A stretch of 64,000 nt of DNA from Hyphomicrobiaceae bacterium (GCA_041397725.1 JAWKVZ010000001.1:602021-666020), one strand, 5' to 3'. Numbered from the stretch's first letter, positions 48,867 to 59,846 are shown. Program-made: numbers and translations. Notes: generated by a model not told the origin, from the sequence alone.

Positions 48867-49466
48867 ATGCCGAGCCGTCGCCACGCCACCGCGATCGACC
48901 TGCAAATGACGCGTCGTCCGTGGACCGCCGCCACCATCGCCGCGGGCGCGCTCGCCTGCGCGTTCGTTGCCAGCCCCACGCGCGCGGACTCGCGCATCCC
49001 CCTGTGCATCGCGTGCAGCGGCCCCGATGCCGTCTATCACTGCGTCATTGGCAGCGAAGGCGCGCCGCTGGCCGACGATGCGACGCGGCTGCGCTGTGTC
49101 ACCGAAATCGCCCGCGCCGGCGGACATCAGAGCTGCAGTGTCCGACGCGGATCGCAGGCGGCCTGCAGCGAGACCGCACGCGCGTTCGTACTGACCGCCC
49201 CGCAGCAGACACTCGCTCCCACACCCGCACCACAAGCCAGGCCCGCCCCTCCTCTGCCCGGTCCGCCACGGGACCCCGCTGCCCCACCGGCCGACGCGGC
49301 GGCAAGGAAGCAGCCTCCCGCCACGGTCGAGGAACTGGCGCGGCAGTCCGGCAAGACGCTCGGCAAGAGCGTGGAGCGGCAGCTCGACAACACCGGCAAG
49401 ACGGTCGGCAGCGCCGTCAAGAAGACCTGGGATTGCGTGGCGAGCTTCTTCAGCAAGTGCCAATAG
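48867..49466 (+). CDS. Hypothetical exported Cys-rich protein with Pro-rich linker and GKT(L/V)G C-terminal repeats, 199 aa
   Basis: GGAGGTGA SD. Signal peptide (MTRRPWTAATIAAGALACAFVASPTRA). 8 Cys in the mature N-domain (CIACSG...HCV...RCV...CSV...CSE). Tail is GKTLGKSVERQLDNTGKTVGSAVKKTWDCVASFFSKCQ. Confidence 0.55.
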   Translation: MPSRRHATAIDLQMTRRPWTAATIAAGALACAFVASPTRADSRIPLCIACSGPDAVYHCVIGSEGAPLADDATRLRCVTEIARAGGHQSCSVRRGSQAACSETARAFVLTAPQQTLAPTPAPQARPAPPLPGPPRDPAAPPADAAARKQPPATVEELARQSGKTLGKSVERQLDNTGKTVGSAVKKTWDCVASFFSKCQ

Positions 49467-49737
49467 CACTTTCCCCCGTGGCGACTGGCGCGGCAGAGCC
49501 CGGCGTGAGCCCGAACGTGCGAACGTCGCGGCCAAGGCCAGGGCATGCGGGAGCCCCGACGGCGGCTGACGCTGATGGCGCCGCAGTCCCGGCAACGATG
49601 AGCCGACATCGCGTGAAACCACGCACGAGCCCGGCGCAACGCCGGCGAAGGGCGGCTCGCGTGTGTGCGTGAGAGAGCAAAACGCTCAGGCGGGCGATCG
49701 CGCCACCGTCAGGTGGGCGACCGGCGCGCGTGTCACG

Positions 49738-50178
49738 TCAGGCGGGGGGAGCACCCTCGGCCTCTGCAGCGGCCTGCTCGGCGGCGTGACGCTCCTTGTC
49801 CTCGCGCCCCTTGGCCGTGGGATCGCGATCGACGAGCTCGATCACTGCACGTGGTGCAGCGTCGCCATAGCGGAAGCCGGCCTTGAGCACGCGGGTGTAG
49901 CCGCCAGCGCGATCCTTGTAGCGGGGACCCAGCACGCCGAAGAGCTTGGCCACCATCTCATCGTCGCGCATACGCGCGGCCGCCAGACGGCGAGAATTGA
50001 GATCGCCACGCTTGGCCAGCGTGATCAGCTTCTCCATGACGCGCTTCAGGTCTTTCGCCTTGTAGAGCGTCGTCACGATCTGCTCGTGGCGGACGAGAGA
50101 GGCGGCCATGTTCGCGAACATCGCCTGACGATGGCCGCTGTCCCGGCTGAAGCGCCGGCCGATCTTCCTGTGTCGCAT
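49738..50178 (-). CDS. rplQ: 50S ribosomal protein L17
   Basis: [37 protein letters not shown]... is canonical L17. Confidence 0.95.
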   Translation of the reverse strand: MRHRKIGRRFSRDSGHRQAMFANMAASLVRHEQIVTTLYKAKDLKRVMEKLITLAKRGDLNSRRLAAARMRDDEMVAKLFGVLGPRYKDRAGGYTRVLKAGFRYGDAAPRAVIELVDRDPTAKGREDKERHAAEQAAAEAEGAPPA

Positions 50179-50318
50179 CGCAGTTTCCTTTCATTGTTCC
50201 CGGGGAGGTTCTTCGGCCTCACCTCGGTCGCCTGTTGGCCGTCACGCACTTGGCGAGGACGGCACGGGTGGGCGTGAGCCCGGCCCTGCCGCCGCCACCG
50301 CCGCCGCGGACGGCACGA

Positions 50319-51338
50319 TCAGTACTGATCCTCGAAGCGCTTGGCCAGGTCCTCGACGTTGTCGGGCGGCCAGTTCGGGACTTCCATGCCGAGGTGCAGC
50401 CCCATACCGGCGAGCACCTCTTTGATCTCGTTCAGGGACTTGCGCCCGAAGTTCGGCGTGCGCAACATCTCGGCCTCGGTCTTCTGAATGAGATCGCCGA
50501 TGTAGACGATGTTGTCGTTCTTCAGGCAGTTCGCCGAGCGAACGGACAGCTCGAGCTCGTCCACCTTCTTGAGCAGCGCGGCCGGGAACGGCAGCTCGGA
50601 CGTGAACGCCCGCTCCTCCGTGGCCTTCTTCGGCTCCTCGAAGTTGACGAAGATCGAAAGCTGGTCCTGCAGGATGCGCGCAGCCAGCGCCACCGCGTCC
50701 TCGGCGCGCACCGAGCCGTCCGTCTCGACCGTCAGGATGAGCTTGTCGTAATCGAGGATCTGTCCCTCGCGCGTATTCTCGACGCGGTAGGACACCTTCT
50801 TGACGGGGCTGTAGAGGCTGTCGACCGGAATGAGGCCGATCGGCGCGTCGTCAGGTCGGTTGCGGTCGGCGGGCACATAGCCCTTGCCCATGGAGGCCGC
50901 GAACTCCATGTGGATCGAGGCGCCCTGATCCAGCGTGCAGATGGGATGGTTGGGATTGAGGATCTCGATGTCGGAGCCGGCCTCGATGTCGCCGGCCCGC
51001 GCCACGCCCGGACCTTCCTTCTTGAGAACCATGCGCTTCACGCCATCCGAATGGATGCGCAGCGCGATCTCCTTGATGTTCAGGACGATGTTGGTCACGT
51101 CCTCGCGCACGCCGGGGATCGACGAGAATTCGTGCAAAACGCTGTCGATATGCACGCTATTGATCGCCGCTCCCTGGAGCGACGACAGCAGGACGCGGCG
51201 CAGGGCGTTTCCGAGCGTCATGCCGAAGCCACGCTCGAGCGGCTCGGCAATGAGGGTCACGACCCGATCCCGCTCGCGCCCGGCGGCTACCTCGAGCTTG
51301 GCGGGCTTGATGAGATCTTGCCAATTCTTCTGCAACAC
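50319..51338 (-). CDS. rpoA: DNA-directed RNA polymerase subunit alpha
   Basis: 339 aa, with NTD and CTD (...[43 protein letters not shown]). Confidence 0.95.
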   Translation of the reverse strand: MLQKNWQDLIKPAKLEVAAGRERDRVVTLIAEPLERGFGMTLGNALRRVLLSSLQGAAINSVHIDSVLHEFSSIPGVREDVTNIVLNIKEIALRIHSDGVKRMVLKKEGPGVARAGDIEAGSDIEILNPNHPICTLDQGASIHMEFAASMGKGYVPADRNRPDDAPIGLIPVDSLYSPVKKVSYRVENTREGQILDYDKLILTVETDGSVRAEDAVALAARILQDQLSIFVNFEEPKKATEERAFTSELPFPAALLKKVDELELSVRSANCLKNDNIVYIGDLIQKTEAEMLRTPNFGRKSLNEIKEVLAGMGLHLGMEVPNWPPDNVEDLAKRFEDQY

Positions 51339-51450
51339 GATGAGTCACCTCTGGCGTCAGCCCGGGCCGGGCATCCGTCGCCCCCGGGCTTCGTTCATGG
51401 CACGAGCAGAGGGCGGCACGGCCCCTCCGCGGCACGTGAGCAGCCGTGCG

Positions 51451-51843
51451 TCAGACGCGACGGCGCTTGCGGGGACGGCATCCGTTGTGCGGGATGGGAG
51501 ACACGTCCCGGATGGCGGTGATCTGGAAGCCGACGCTCTGCAGCGCCCGCAGCGCCGACTCGCGCCCGGAGCCCGGACCGCAGACCTCGACTTCGAGGAT
51601 CTTCATGCCGTGCTCCATGGCCTTCTTGCCGGCATCCTCGGCCGCCATCTGAGCGGCATAGGGGGTCGACTTGCGCGAGCCCTTGAACCCCATCGTGCCG
51701 GCCGACGACCAGGCGATCGCGTTGCCCTGCGCGTCGGTGATCGTAATCATGGTGTTGTTGAAGCTCGCATTCACGTGGGCGACGCCGGACGAGATGTTCT
51801 TCTTCTCGCGCCGACGCACCTTGGTACGCTGTTCTTTGGTCAT
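51451..51843 (-). CDS. rpsK: 30S ribosomal protein S11
   Basis: [27 protein letters not shown]... Start [15 protein letters not shown] with GGGAG SD. Confidence 0.95.
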   Translation of the reverse strand: MTKEQRTKVRRREKKNISSGVAHVNASFNNTMITITDAQGNAIAWSSAGTMGFKGSRKSTPYAAQMAAEDAGKKAMEHGMKILEVEVCGPGSGRESALRALQSVGFQITAIRDVSPIPHNGCRPRKRRRV

Positions 51844-51903
51844 AGTGAAAGCTCCCGGCCCCCTCGAAGAGGGCTGCAAACGACCCTGCGCAGCGGCAGA
51901 GGA

Positions 51904-52272
51904 CTATTTCTTCCTGGCGGCGATCGGCTTGGCAGGGCCCTTGCGGGTCCGCGCATTCGTGTGGGTGCGCTGCCCGCGCACCGGCAGACCGCGGCGATGC
52001 CTCAAGCCGCGATAGCAACCGAGGTCCATCAGCCGCTTGATATTCATGGCCACCTCGCGGCGCAGATCGCCCTCGACCACGAAATCGCGGTCGATGGTCT
52101 CGCGGATTTGCAGCACCTCGGCGTCGGTCAACTCGTTGACGCGACGCTCGGCAGGGATGCTCACGCGCTCGCAAATCTGCTTTGCGAATTTGGGTCCGAT
52201 GCCATGAATGTACGTCAAAGCCACAATGACGCGCTTGTTCGTCGGTATGTTCACGCCAGCAATGCGGGCCAC
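51904..52272 (-). CDS. rpsM: 30S ribosomal protein S13
   Basis: [26 protein letters not shown]... is canonical S13. Confidence 0.95.
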   Translation of the reverse strand: MARIAGVNIPTNKRVIVALTYIHGIGPKFAKQICERVSIPAERRVNELTDAEVLQIRETIDRDFVVEGDLRREVAMNIKRLMDLGCYRGLRHRRGLPVRGQRTHTNARTRKGPAKPIAARKK

Positions 52273-52507
52273 GTCAGTCTCCTCGATGTACCGTGCAGGC
52301 GACCATACCGCATGGCGGCCAAGCAGCGGCTAAGCGTCAAACGCGATCAGATCGGCAGCCGGCAGCATTGGCGGCCGGAACCGATCTGCGAGTTGTTCGG
52401 TATTCAAAGAGCACTCTTTAACGGAGCGCTCTCCTTGCGTCAACGGGGCACACCCTTATTTTGCGTCGATATGCCGCACAGGCCTATTGACATATGCGCC
52501 ACATGGC

Positions 52508-53164
52508 TCAAGCCGCCACCTGGTCCAGTACGGTGTCGATCTGGGAGGCAACCACCTCGATGGTCGCCATTCCGTCGACCGACCGCAGCGTGCCCTTGCA
52601 GAAATAGTAGCCGATCAGCGGCGCCGTCTCCCGGTAATAGGCGAGCAGGCGCGTGCGGACCGTTTCGGCGTTGTCGTCGGCACGACGGATGAACTCCGTG
52701 CCGCCGCACACGTCACAGACGCCGAACTGCTTGGGCTGCTTGAAGCGATCATGGTAGCCGGCATGGCACTTGGCACAGGTGAAACGGCCGACGATGCGCT
52801 CGACAAGTTGGTTGTAGTCGACCTTGAGCTCGACCACGACGTCCATCTGCTTCCCCTTCTCGGCGAGAAGCTTGTCGAGTGCCGCGGCCTGCTGCAGCGT
52901 GCGCGGAAAGCCATCGAGGATGAAACCGCCCTGGCAATCCTCCTGGTCGATGCGGTCGGAGATGATCTTGACCACCACCTCGTCGGCGACGAGTTCGCCC
53001 CGCTCCATGATCCGCTTGGCCCGCCAGCCGACCTCGGTGCCCGCCTCGGCTGCCTCTCGGAGCATTTCACCCGTCGAGAGCTGCACGAGACCGCGCTTCT
53101 CCGCGATCTCCTGCGCCTGCGTACCTTTGCCGGACCCTGGCGGCCCCAGCAGGATGAGGTTCAT
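52508..53164 (-). CDS. adk: Adenylate kinase (long form with zinc-binding LID: CAKC...CDVC)
   Basis: MNLILLGPPGSGKGTQAQ... and the LID Cys tetrad. Confidence 0.95.
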   Translation of the reverse strand: MNLILLGPPGSGKGTQAQEIAEKRGLVQLSTGEMLREAAEAGTEVGWRAKRIMERGELVADEVVVKIISDRIDQEDCQGGFILDGFPRTLQQAAALDKLLAEKGKQMDVVVELKVDYNQLVERIVGRFTCAKCHAGYHDRFKQPKQFGVCDVCGGTEFIRRADDNAETVRTRLLAYYRETAPLIGYYFCKGTLRSVDGMATIEVVASQIDTVLDQVAA

Positions 53165-54507
53165 CGTCGTCTTGGCCCCTTACTGGCGCCCCGGAGCTTG
53201 GCCTTCTTGATCAAACCCTCGTACTGATGCGCCAGCAGATGACTTTGCACCTGGGATACCGTGTCCATGGTGACGCTGACGGCGATCAGCAACGATGTGC
53301 CGCCGAAGTAGAACGGCACCGCCGCGTACGAGTGCAGAAACTCCGGCAGTACGCAGACGGCAGCCAAATATAGCGCACCGACGACCGTGATTCTCGTCAG
53401 CACATAGTCGATATACTCAGCCGTCTTCTGACCTGGCCGGATGCCCGGTACGAAGCCGCCATACTTGCGCAGGTTGTCCGCCGTCTCCGCCGGATTGAAG
53501 ACCACGGCGGTGTAGAAGAAGGCGAAAAACACGATCATCGTCACATAGATGAGCATGTGGAGCGGCTGGCCCGGACCGAGCAGAGCGGTCATCGTGGTCA
53601 GCCATTCCGGTCCCTGGCCGCGCGAGAGTTGCGCGGCGGTGGTAGGCAAGAGCAGTAGCGACGAGGCGAAGATCGGTGGAATGACGCCTGCCGAGTTCAG
53701 CTTGAGCGGCAGATGCGAGGCTTCGCCCTGGAAGACCCGGTTTCCGACTTGTCGTTTCGGGTACTGGATCAACAATCGCCGCTGCGCGCGCTCCATGAAC
53801 ACGATGGCGGCGATGACGCCCATCGACATGATGAAGAGGCCAACCAGCAGCGCCCAGTTGAAGCGGCCCTGCCGCGTCAGCTCGAGCAGGCCGGCCAGCG
53901 CGCCCGGCAGTCCGGCGACGATACCGGCGAAGATGATCAGCGACGTACCGTTGCCGACGCCGCGCGCCGTCACCTGCTCGCCGAGCCACATCAGGAACAT
54001 CGTGCCGCCGACGAGCGTCACGACGGTGGTGATTCGGAAGAACCAGCCGGGATCGATGACGACGTTGCGTTGCCCTTCCAGTCCGATCGCGATGCCGTAG
54101 GCCTGGAAAGCCGCCAGCGCCACCGTGAAGTAGCGCGTGTACTGGTTGATCTGCTTGCGCCCCGCCTCACCCTCTTTCTTGAGCGCCTCCAGCTTTGGAG
54201 ACACCGCCGTCATCAGCTGCATGATGATGGAGGCCGAGATATACGGCATGATGTTCAGGGCGAAGATCGCCATGCGCTCGACGGCGCCGCCCGAGAACAT
54301 GTTGAAGAGGTCGAGAATGCCGCCCGAGTTCTGCTTCATCAGCTCGGCGAGCGCGCTCGGATTGATGCCCGGCAGCGGGATATGCGTGCCGAGGCGGTAG
54401 ATGACGAGGGCGCCGAGCGTGAACCAGATACGCTTCTTCAGGTCCTCCGCCTTGGCGAAAGCACTGAAGTTGAGGTTTGCGACGAGTTGCTCGGCAGCAG
54501 ATGCCAT
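53161..54507 (-). CDS. secY: Preprotein translocase subunit SecY, 448 aa
   Basis: The start MASAAEQLVANLNFSAFAKAEDLKKRIWFTLGALVIYRLGTHIPLPGIN is canonical SecY. The upstream 29 codons of the ORF are not used. Confidence 0.9.
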   Translation of the reverse strand: MASAAEQLVANLNFSAFAKAEDLKKRIWFTLGALVIYRLGTHIPLPGINPSALAELMKQNSGGILDLFNMFSGGAVERMAIFALNIMPYISASIIMQLMTAVSPKLEALKKEGEAGRKQINQYTRYFTVALAAFQAYGIAIGLEGQRNVVIDPGWFFRITTVVTLVGGTMFLMWLGEQVTARGVGNGTSLIIFAGIVAGLPGALAGLLELTRQGRFNWALLVGLFIMSMGVIAAIVFMERAQRRLLIQYPKRQVGNRVFQGEASHLPLKLNSAGVIPPIFASSLLLLPTTAAQLSRGQGPEWLTTMTALLGPGQPLHMLIYVTMIVFFAFFYTAVVFNPAETADNLRKYGGFVPGIRPGQKTAEYIDYVLTRITVVGALYLAAVCVLPEFLHSYAAVPFYFGGTSLLIAVSVTMDTVSQVQSHLLAHQYEGLIKKAKLRGASKGPRRR

Positions 54508-54906
54508 CTTCCAATCTCCCGGAAAGTCCCGCCTGCGCCGCCGGACGCCGGGCAGGCGCGACATCCTATCGGCGGCGATGCCGCTTGTCGTCACCAGTTA
54601 GCGCACCGCGCCATCACACCTCAGCCAGAGGTGACGGCCGCGCCGTCACGATTCCGCGAGACGCCTGACCGGGCAAGCGACCGACAGGCGCCGCCTCGGG
54701 CGGCATGGTGTCGCTCGGACCTGCCCCGCCCGATGGCGGTAGCCCCCTTCACGCAACAACAAGCCCCGCGTTACATCCCGCCGGACGAGAGGCTTGGCGT
54801 CGGCGCCCGCGTCCGGCGCGCGAGCAAAAGTCCGTCGCATGATCACCATGCGCGCAGCGACGCCCGCCGGATCATGCTGGTCCGGCCGCGCGCGCGCCGT
54901 GCGGCT

Positions 54907-55458
54907 CTAGTCGTCCGCCCCGGACTTCCTGGTGCCGGACTTGGCCTTCTTCTTCGCAGCGGTCTTCTGCCGCTTCTTCTCGTCCGCCTCGCGGACCGGG
55001 GCAACAATCAGCGTGACGCTGCCGCCGAGCGCCTCGACGGCCTTTGTTGCCGAGGCCGTGGCGTGCACGAGCGTCAGAGTGAGCTTCGTCTTGAGCTCAC
55101 CGGTGCCGAGCAGACGCACGCCATCCTTCTCGCGCCGGATCACGCCGGCCGCCACCAGCGCGGCGGCGTCGACGGGCTTGCCGGCATCGAGGCGCCCGGA
55201 CTCCACGGCTGCCTGCAGCCGCGAGAGGGTCACCTCGTTGTAGACCTTCGGGAACGGCTTGTTGAAGCCGCGCTTCGGCAAGCGCCGATGCAGCGGCATC
55301 TGGCCGCCCTCGAAGCCGCCGATCGCCACGCCCGAGCGTGCCGTCTGGCCCTTGCCGCCCCGGCCGCCGGTCTTGCCCTTGCCGGAGCCGATGCCGCGAC
55401 CGATCCGCATGCGCCGCTTGCGCGCGCCCGGATTATCCTGGATTTCATTCAGCCGCAT
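54907..55458 (-). CDS. rplO: 50S ribosomal protein L15 (with Lys-rich C-terminal tail)
   Basis: [38 protein letters not shown]... is canonical L15. Confidence 0.93.
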   Translation of the reverse strand: MRLNEIQDNPGARKRRMRIGRGIGSGKGKTGGRGGKGQTARSGVAIGGFEGGQMPLHRRLPKRGFNKPFPKVYNEVTLSRLQAAVESGRLDAGKPVDAAALVAAGVIRREKDGVRLLGTGELKTKLTLTLVHATASATKAVEALGGSVTLIVAPVREADEKKRQKTAAKKKAKSGTRKSGADD

Positions 55459-55476
55459 ATGTCCGTTCCTCGCTCG

Positions 55477-55689
55477 TCAGCTCCGCTCGTCCACGATACG
55501 GACGAGATGCGGGATCTTGTTGATCATGCCGCGCACTTCCGGCGTGTCCTTCAGCGTGCGCTTGCGATGCAGCTTGTTGAGGCCAAGCCCGATCAGCGTC
55601 TGGCGCTGAATGGCCGGACGCCGAAGCGGGCTGCCGATCTGCTCGACCGTAATCGTCTTGCCCGTCGGGCCACTCTTGCTCTCAGCCAT
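55477..55689 (-). CDS. rpmD: 50S ribosomal protein L30
   Basis: [46 protein letters not shown]. Confidence 0.9.
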   Translation of the reverse strand: MAESKSGPTGKTITVEQIGSPLRRPAIQRQTLIGLGLNKLHRKRTLKDTPEVRGMINKIPHLVRIVDERS

Positions 55690-55810
55690 GTCGTCTCATC
55701 TCCGGGTCCGTGGCTGCCCCGCTTTCGCGTGCGGGACGGGCCACGTCACTTGTCTTCCATCGTTCGCCTGCCGGGACGCCGGCCTCTCAGCGCCGCCGCC
55801 TCCGCCCCCA

Positions 55811-56374
55811 TCAGGCGTCCTGTGCCGGCTGCCCTTCGCCCACACCGTCGCGACGGCGCGCGACGATCTCGCTGACCTTCTTGCCGCGGCGAGCCGCGAC
55901 CCCGCGGGGGTTCTCCTGATGGGTCAGGGCGTCGAACGTGGCGCGAACCATGTTGTAGGGGTTCGAGCTGCCGAGCGACTTGGCGACGACGTCCTGCACG
56001 CCGAGCATCTCGAACACGGCGCGCATCGGGCCCCCGGCGATGATGCCGGTACCGGCCGGTGCCGCGCGCAACACCACGCGACCGGCGCCATGGCGCCCTT
56101 CGCTGTCGTGGTGCAGCGTCCGGGCGTCACGCAAGGGCACGCGGATCAGGCCGCGCTTTGCCGCCTCCGTCGCCTTGCGAATGGCCTCAGGCACCTCGCG
56201 GGCCTTGCCATGGCCGAAGCCGACGCGCCCCTTCTGATCACCGACGACGACCAGCGCGGCGAAGCCGAAGCGACGGCCGCCCTTGACCACCTTCGCGACG
56301 CGATTGATGTGCACCAGCTTGTCGGTGAACTCGCTATCGCGCTCGTCACGGTCCTTTTGCGGAAAGCGTGCCAC
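55811..56374 (-). CDS. rpsE: 30S ribosomal protein S5
   Basis: A GTG start gives [46 protein letters not shown]..., and AAAGGACGA sits 7 nt upstream. The ATG at 56425 would overlap rplR by 32 nt, so it was not used. Confidence 0.88.
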   Translation of the reverse strand: MARFPQKDRDERDSEFTDKLVHINRVAKVVKGGRRFGFAALVVVGDQKGRVGFGHGKAREVPEAIRKATEAAKRGLIRVPLRDARTLHHDSEGRHGAGRVVLRAAPAGTGIIAGGPMRAVFEMLGVQDVVAKSLGSSNPYNMVRATFDALTHQENPRGVAARRGKKVSEIVARRRDGVGEGQPAQDA

Positions 56375-56393
56375 GATGTCGTCCTTTCGAAAC

Positions 56394-56756
56394 CTAGAAG
56401 TTGAGACCGCCTTCGCGGGCGGCATCTGCGAGCGCCTTCACGCGCCCATGATAGATATAGCCGCCGCGGTCGAAGACGACGTCCTTGACGCCCTTCTCCA
56501 GCGCGCGTTGCGCCAGCAGCTTGCCGACCTCGGTGGCGGCCGTCTTGTCGGCCCCGGTCTTGAGCCGCCCCTTGAGATCCTTCTCGAGGGTCGACGCCGA
56601 AGCGATCGTCCGCCCGGCCACATCGTCGATGACCTGCGCGTAGATGTGCTTCGACGAGCGATGCACGCTGAGGCGCGGCCGCCCGGCGCCGTTGCGCCGG
56701 AGGATGCGACGCACGCGCATCTTGCGGCGATCGAAGTTCTGGTCTTGCCTGGACAT
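56394..56756 (-). CDS. rplR: 50S ribosomal protein L18
   Basis: The C-terminal 120 aa of ORF 56394..57107 ([20 protein letters not shown]...). Confidence 0.92.
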   Translation of the reverse strand: MSRQDQNFDRRKMRVRRILRRNGAGRPRLSVHRSSKHIYAQVIDDVAGRTIASASTLEKDLKGRLKTGADKTAATEVGKLLAQRALEKGVKDVVFDRGGYIYHGRVKALADAAREGGLNF

Positions 56757-56764
56757 AGCGGGTC

Positions 56765-57298
56765 CTACTTCTTCTTGCCTTCCTTGCGGAAGATGTATTC
56801 GCCCTGGTAGCGCACGCCCTTGCCCTGGAAGGGCTCCGGCGGCCGATATCCGCGGATCTCGGCAGCCACCTGGCCGACGAGTTGCTTGTCGATGCCGCTG
56901 ACGATGATCTCGGTCGGCTTCGTGACCTTCACCTCGATGCCCTGCGGAATCGGGTGCACGACCTCGTGGCTGAAACCGAGCTGCAGCTGCAGGTCCTTGC
57001 CCTTCATCGCGGCGCGATAGCCGACGCCGTGGATCTCGAGCGTCTCGCTGTAGCCGTTCGTGACACCGACGACGAGGTTGGACACGAGCGTTCTGCTCAT
57101 ACCCCACATCGAGCGCGCCCGCTTGGTCTCGTCGCGAGGGGCCACGTTGATGCCCTGCTCGGACTTCTCCACCTTGATCTCGTTCGGCAGCACGAGCGCC
57201 AGCTCACCCTTCGGGCCTTTGACCTTCAGGGACTGGCCTTCGATGGTCGCCTGGACGCCACCCGGAACCGGGACCGGCTTCTTACCGATGCGCGACAT
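56765..57298 (-). CDS. rplF: 50S ribosomal protein L6
   Basis: [33 protein letters not shown]... Confidence 0.95.
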   Translation of the reverse strand: MSRIGKKPVPVPGGVQATIEGQSLKVKGPKGELALVLPNEIKVEKSEQGINVAPRDETKRARSMWGMSRTLVSNLVVGVTNGYSETLEIHGVGYRAAMKGKDLQLQLGFSHEVVHPIPQGIEVKVTKPTEIIVSGIDKQLVGQVAAEIRGYRPPEPFQGKGVRYQGEYIFRKEGKKK

Positions 57299-57340
57299 TG
57301 CTCATCACATCCTTCTCAGTTCACGTCTTCCGGACCAGGC

Positions 57341-57739
57341 CTAGAACACGCTGCACAAGACCTCGCCGCCGACGTTCTCGTCGCGTGCACGGCTGTCCGA
57401 CATCACACCTTTTGGGGTCGACAGGATCGAGACGCCGAGGCCATTGGCGACCGTGGGCAGATCCTTGACCGGGGTGTAGACACGCCGGCCGGGCTTCGAC
57501 ACGCGCTTGATGTTACGAATAGCCGGCTGGCCATTGTAGTACTTGAGCTCGATCTCGAGCTCGGGCTGGCCGTCCTTGTGCTCGACGCGCACGTAGCCGC
57601 GGATATAACCTTCCTCGGCGAGCACATCCAGGACGCGGGCACGCAGCGCCGAGGCCGGCGAGTTGACCTTCGGACGACGCCGCATCTGCGCATTGCGAAT
57701 GCGTGTCAGCAAATCGCCGAGGGGATCTGAAACCGCCAT
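57341..57739 (-). CDS. rpsH: 30S ribosomal protein S8
   Basis: [25 protein letters not shown]...; 132 aa. Confidence 0.93.
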   Translation of the reverse strand: MAVSDPLGDLLTRIRNAQMRRRPKVNSPASALRARVLDVLAEEGYIRGYVRVEHKDGQPELEIELKYYNGQPAIRNIKRVSKPGRRVYTPVKDLPTVANGLGVSILSTPKGVMSDSRARDENVGGEVLCSVF

Positions 57740-57753
57740 TTGTGGCTCCTCCC

Positions 57754-58059
57754 TTACCAGCTCGACTTGACCATGCCGGGGATCAACCCCTGCGAGGCAA
57801 GCTCGCGAAGCTGGTTCCGGCACATCTTGACCTTGCGGTAGAAGGCCCGGGAACGACCGGTCAGCTCGCAACGATTACGAATACGCGTCGGCGACGAGTT
57901 GCGGGGCAGCTCGGCCAAGCGCATGCGTGCCTGGAAGCGCACCTCCGCCGGACGGCTCGTGTCCTCGGCGATCGCCTTGAGGCGCGCGCGCTTGTCCGCG
58001 TACTGCTTGGACAGCCGGCGGCGGCGGGCGTTCTTCTCCATGGCACTCTTCTTTGCCAT
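57754..58059 (-). CDS. rpsN: 30S ribosomal protein S14
   Basis: [28 protein letters not shown]... Confidence 0.95.
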   Translation of the reverse strand: MAKKSAMEKNARRRRLSKQYADKRARLKAIAEDTSRPAEVRFQARMRLAELPRNSSPTRIRNRCELTGRSRAFYRKVKMCRNQLRELASQGLIPGMVKSSW

Positions 58060-58092
58060 TCAGTCCTCCAATGCCCAGGGCGCGGGCGTGCC

Positions 58093-58767
58093 CTAGTTGC
58101 GGAACGGGAAATTGAAGGCGCGCAACAGCTCACGCGCCTCGTCGTCTGTACCGGCCGAGGTGCAGACGATGATGTCGAGCCCCCAGATCTGGTCGACCTT
58201 GTCGTAGTCGATCTCGGGGAACACGATGTGCTCCTTGAGACCCATGGAGAAATTGCCCCGGCCGTCGAAGCTCTTCGCGTTGAGACCACGGAAGTCCTTC
58301 ACGCGCGGCAGGGCGATGGTCACCAGACGGTCGACGAACTCGTACATGCGGTCACCGCGCAGCGTCACCTTGGCACCAATCGGCATGCCCTCGCGCAGCT
58401 TGAAGGTGGCGATCGACTTACGCGCCCGTGTCACCACGGGCCGCTGGCCGCTGAGCAGCGCCAGATCGGACGCCGCCGCATCGACCTTCTTGCGGTCGTT
58501 GACGGCCTCGCCGACGCCCATGTTGACCACGATCTTCTCGAGGCGGGGCACCTGCATCGGGTTCTTGTAGGCGTACTTCTCCGTCATAGCCTTGCGCACG
58601 ACGTCCTCGTAGAGACGCTTCATGCGCGGCTTGTAGTCGCCCTTCGGCGCCCGCGGCTTGGCCGGCTTGGCCTCGGCCGTCTTGGCGCTCTTGGCTTCCT
58701 TGCCGCTCTTCTTGCCGGCGGGGGCCTGCCCCTTGGCCGGCTTCTGCGGCGCGCTCTCCTTGGCCAT
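58093..58767 (-). CDS. rplE: 50S ribosomal protein L5, with roughly 40-aa Lys/Ala/Pro-rich N-terminal extension if ATG 58767 is used
   Basis: Core is [29 protein letters not shown].... An in-frame ATG lies 2 nt from the rplX stop. The alternative internal start is MKRLYEDVV at 58623. Confidence 0.85.
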   Translation of the reverse strand: MAKESAPQKPAKGQAPAGKKSGKEAKSAKTAEAKPAKPRAPKGDYKPRMKRLYEDVVRKAMTEKYAYKNPMQVPRLEKIVVNMGVGEAVNDRKKVDAAASDLALLSGQRPVVTRARKSIATFKLREGMPIGAKVTLRGDRMYEFVDRLVTIALPRVKDFRGLNAKSFDGRGNFSMGLKEHIVFPEIDYDKVDQIWGLDIIVCTSAGTDDEARELLRAFNFPFRN

Positions 58768-58771
58768 GCCT

Positions 58772-59095
58772 CTACTTCTCCGTGATCACTTCGCCGGAGC
58801 GCTTGGCAAAGCGCACCTTGCGGCCGTCCTCGAGAATCTTGAAGCCCACGCGCGTCGGCTTGCCGTCACGCGGATCCTCGAGGGCGAGGTTTGAAATCTG
58901 GATCGGCGCCTCTTTCGAGATGATGCCGCCCTCGACCTGCGGCGTCTGACGCTGATGGCGGCGCACGACGTTGACGCCGCGCACGATGGCCTTGTTCTCT
59001 TTCGGCAGCACGCGCATGACCTCGCCATGCTTGCCCTTGTCGCGGCCGGCGAGGACGATGACGTGATCGCCCTTCTTGATCTTCAGGCTCGCCAT
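58772..59095 (-). CDS. rplX: 50S ribosomal protein L24
   Basis: [26 protein letters not shown]... Confidence 0.95.
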   Translation of the reverse strand: MASLKIKKGDHVIVLAGRDKGKHGEVMRVLPKENKAIVRGVNVVRRHQRQTPQVEGGIISKEAPIQISNLALEDPRDGKPTRVGFKILEDGRKVRFAKRSGEVITEK

Positions 59096-59464
59096 CTAGA
59101 GGACCTCCGGAGCCAGAGAAACGATCTTCATGTGGTTCTTGGCCCTGAGTTCGCGCGTGACCGGTCCGAAAATGCGGGTGCCGACCGGCTCGCCCTGGTT
59201 GTTGATGAGCACCGCCGCATTGCGGTCGAAGCGGATCAGGCTGCCGTCCGGACGCCGCACGCCCTTGGCGGTGCGCACGACCACCGCCTTCATGACCTCG
59301 CCCTTCTTCACGCGACCGCGCGGGATCGCCTCCTGCACGGCCACCACGATGGTGTCACCGATCGAGGCGTACTTGCGCTTCGAGCCGCCCAGCACCTTGA
59401 TGCACTGCACACGGCGTGCACCCGAGTTGTCGGCGACATCGAGATTGGTTTCCATCTGGATCAT
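59096..59464 (-). CDS. rplN: 50S ribosomal protein L14
   Basis: [31 protein letters not shown]... Confidence 0.95.
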   Translation of the reverse strand: MIQMETNLDVADNSGARRVQCIKVLGGSKRKYASIGDTIVVAVQEAIPRGRVKKGEVMKAVVVRTAKGVRRPDGSLIRFDRNAAVLINNQGEPVGTRIFGPVTRELRAKNHMKIVSLAPEVL

Positions 59465-59597
59465 CGCGCTTCGTCCTTTCCTGCTCCGCAGCCGTCCCGG
59501 AATATCGCCCCGGCGGCACTGCGGCCTTCGTCTCGTCCCGCTGTCGTCCTGCCCGCTGCTGCCCGGAAGCGACCGTGGCCGCCTACGCGCCGCGCGG

Positions 59598-59846
59598 CTA
59601 GGCCGACTGCTTGCCCTTTTCGCTCAGCACGACCCACCTCTTGTTCTTCGAGATCGGGCGGCTTTCCTGGATGGCGACACGATCGCCGATCTTGTGCGCG
59701 TTGGCCTCGTCGTGAGCGTGGTACTTCTTCGAGCGCCTGACGGTCTTCTTGAACAGCGGATGCGTGTAGCGGCGCTCGACCTCGACCACGACGGTCTTGT
59801 CGTTCTTGTCCGACACCACCACACCCATGAGAATGCGTTTCGGCAT
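59598..59846 (-). CDS. rpsQ: 30S ribosomal protein S17
   Basis: [32 protein letters not shown]... Confidence 0.95.
   Translation of the reverse strand: MPKRILMGVVVSDKNDKTVVVEVERRYTHPLFKKTVRRSKKYHAHDEANAHKIGDRVAIQESRPISKNKRWVVLSEKGKQSA

Noticed and set aside
49467-49737. Possible terminator hairpins downstream of rplQ in the convergent gap
   Set aside because: Several GC-rich partial palindromes and a GTTTTGCTCTC tract are present, but no single clean stem-loop could be defined by eye.
54646-54849. 67-aa Arg-rich ORF in the rplO-secY gap
   Set aside because: No SD, low-complexity composition, overlaps the GC hairpin. Likely non-coding.
56375-56425. ATG start for rpsE at 56425 ([12 protein letters not shown]...)
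   Set aside because: It would overlap rplR by 32 nt and add a non-conserved N-terminus. GTG at 56374, with AAAGGACGA SD, gives the canonical MARFPQK... S5 start.
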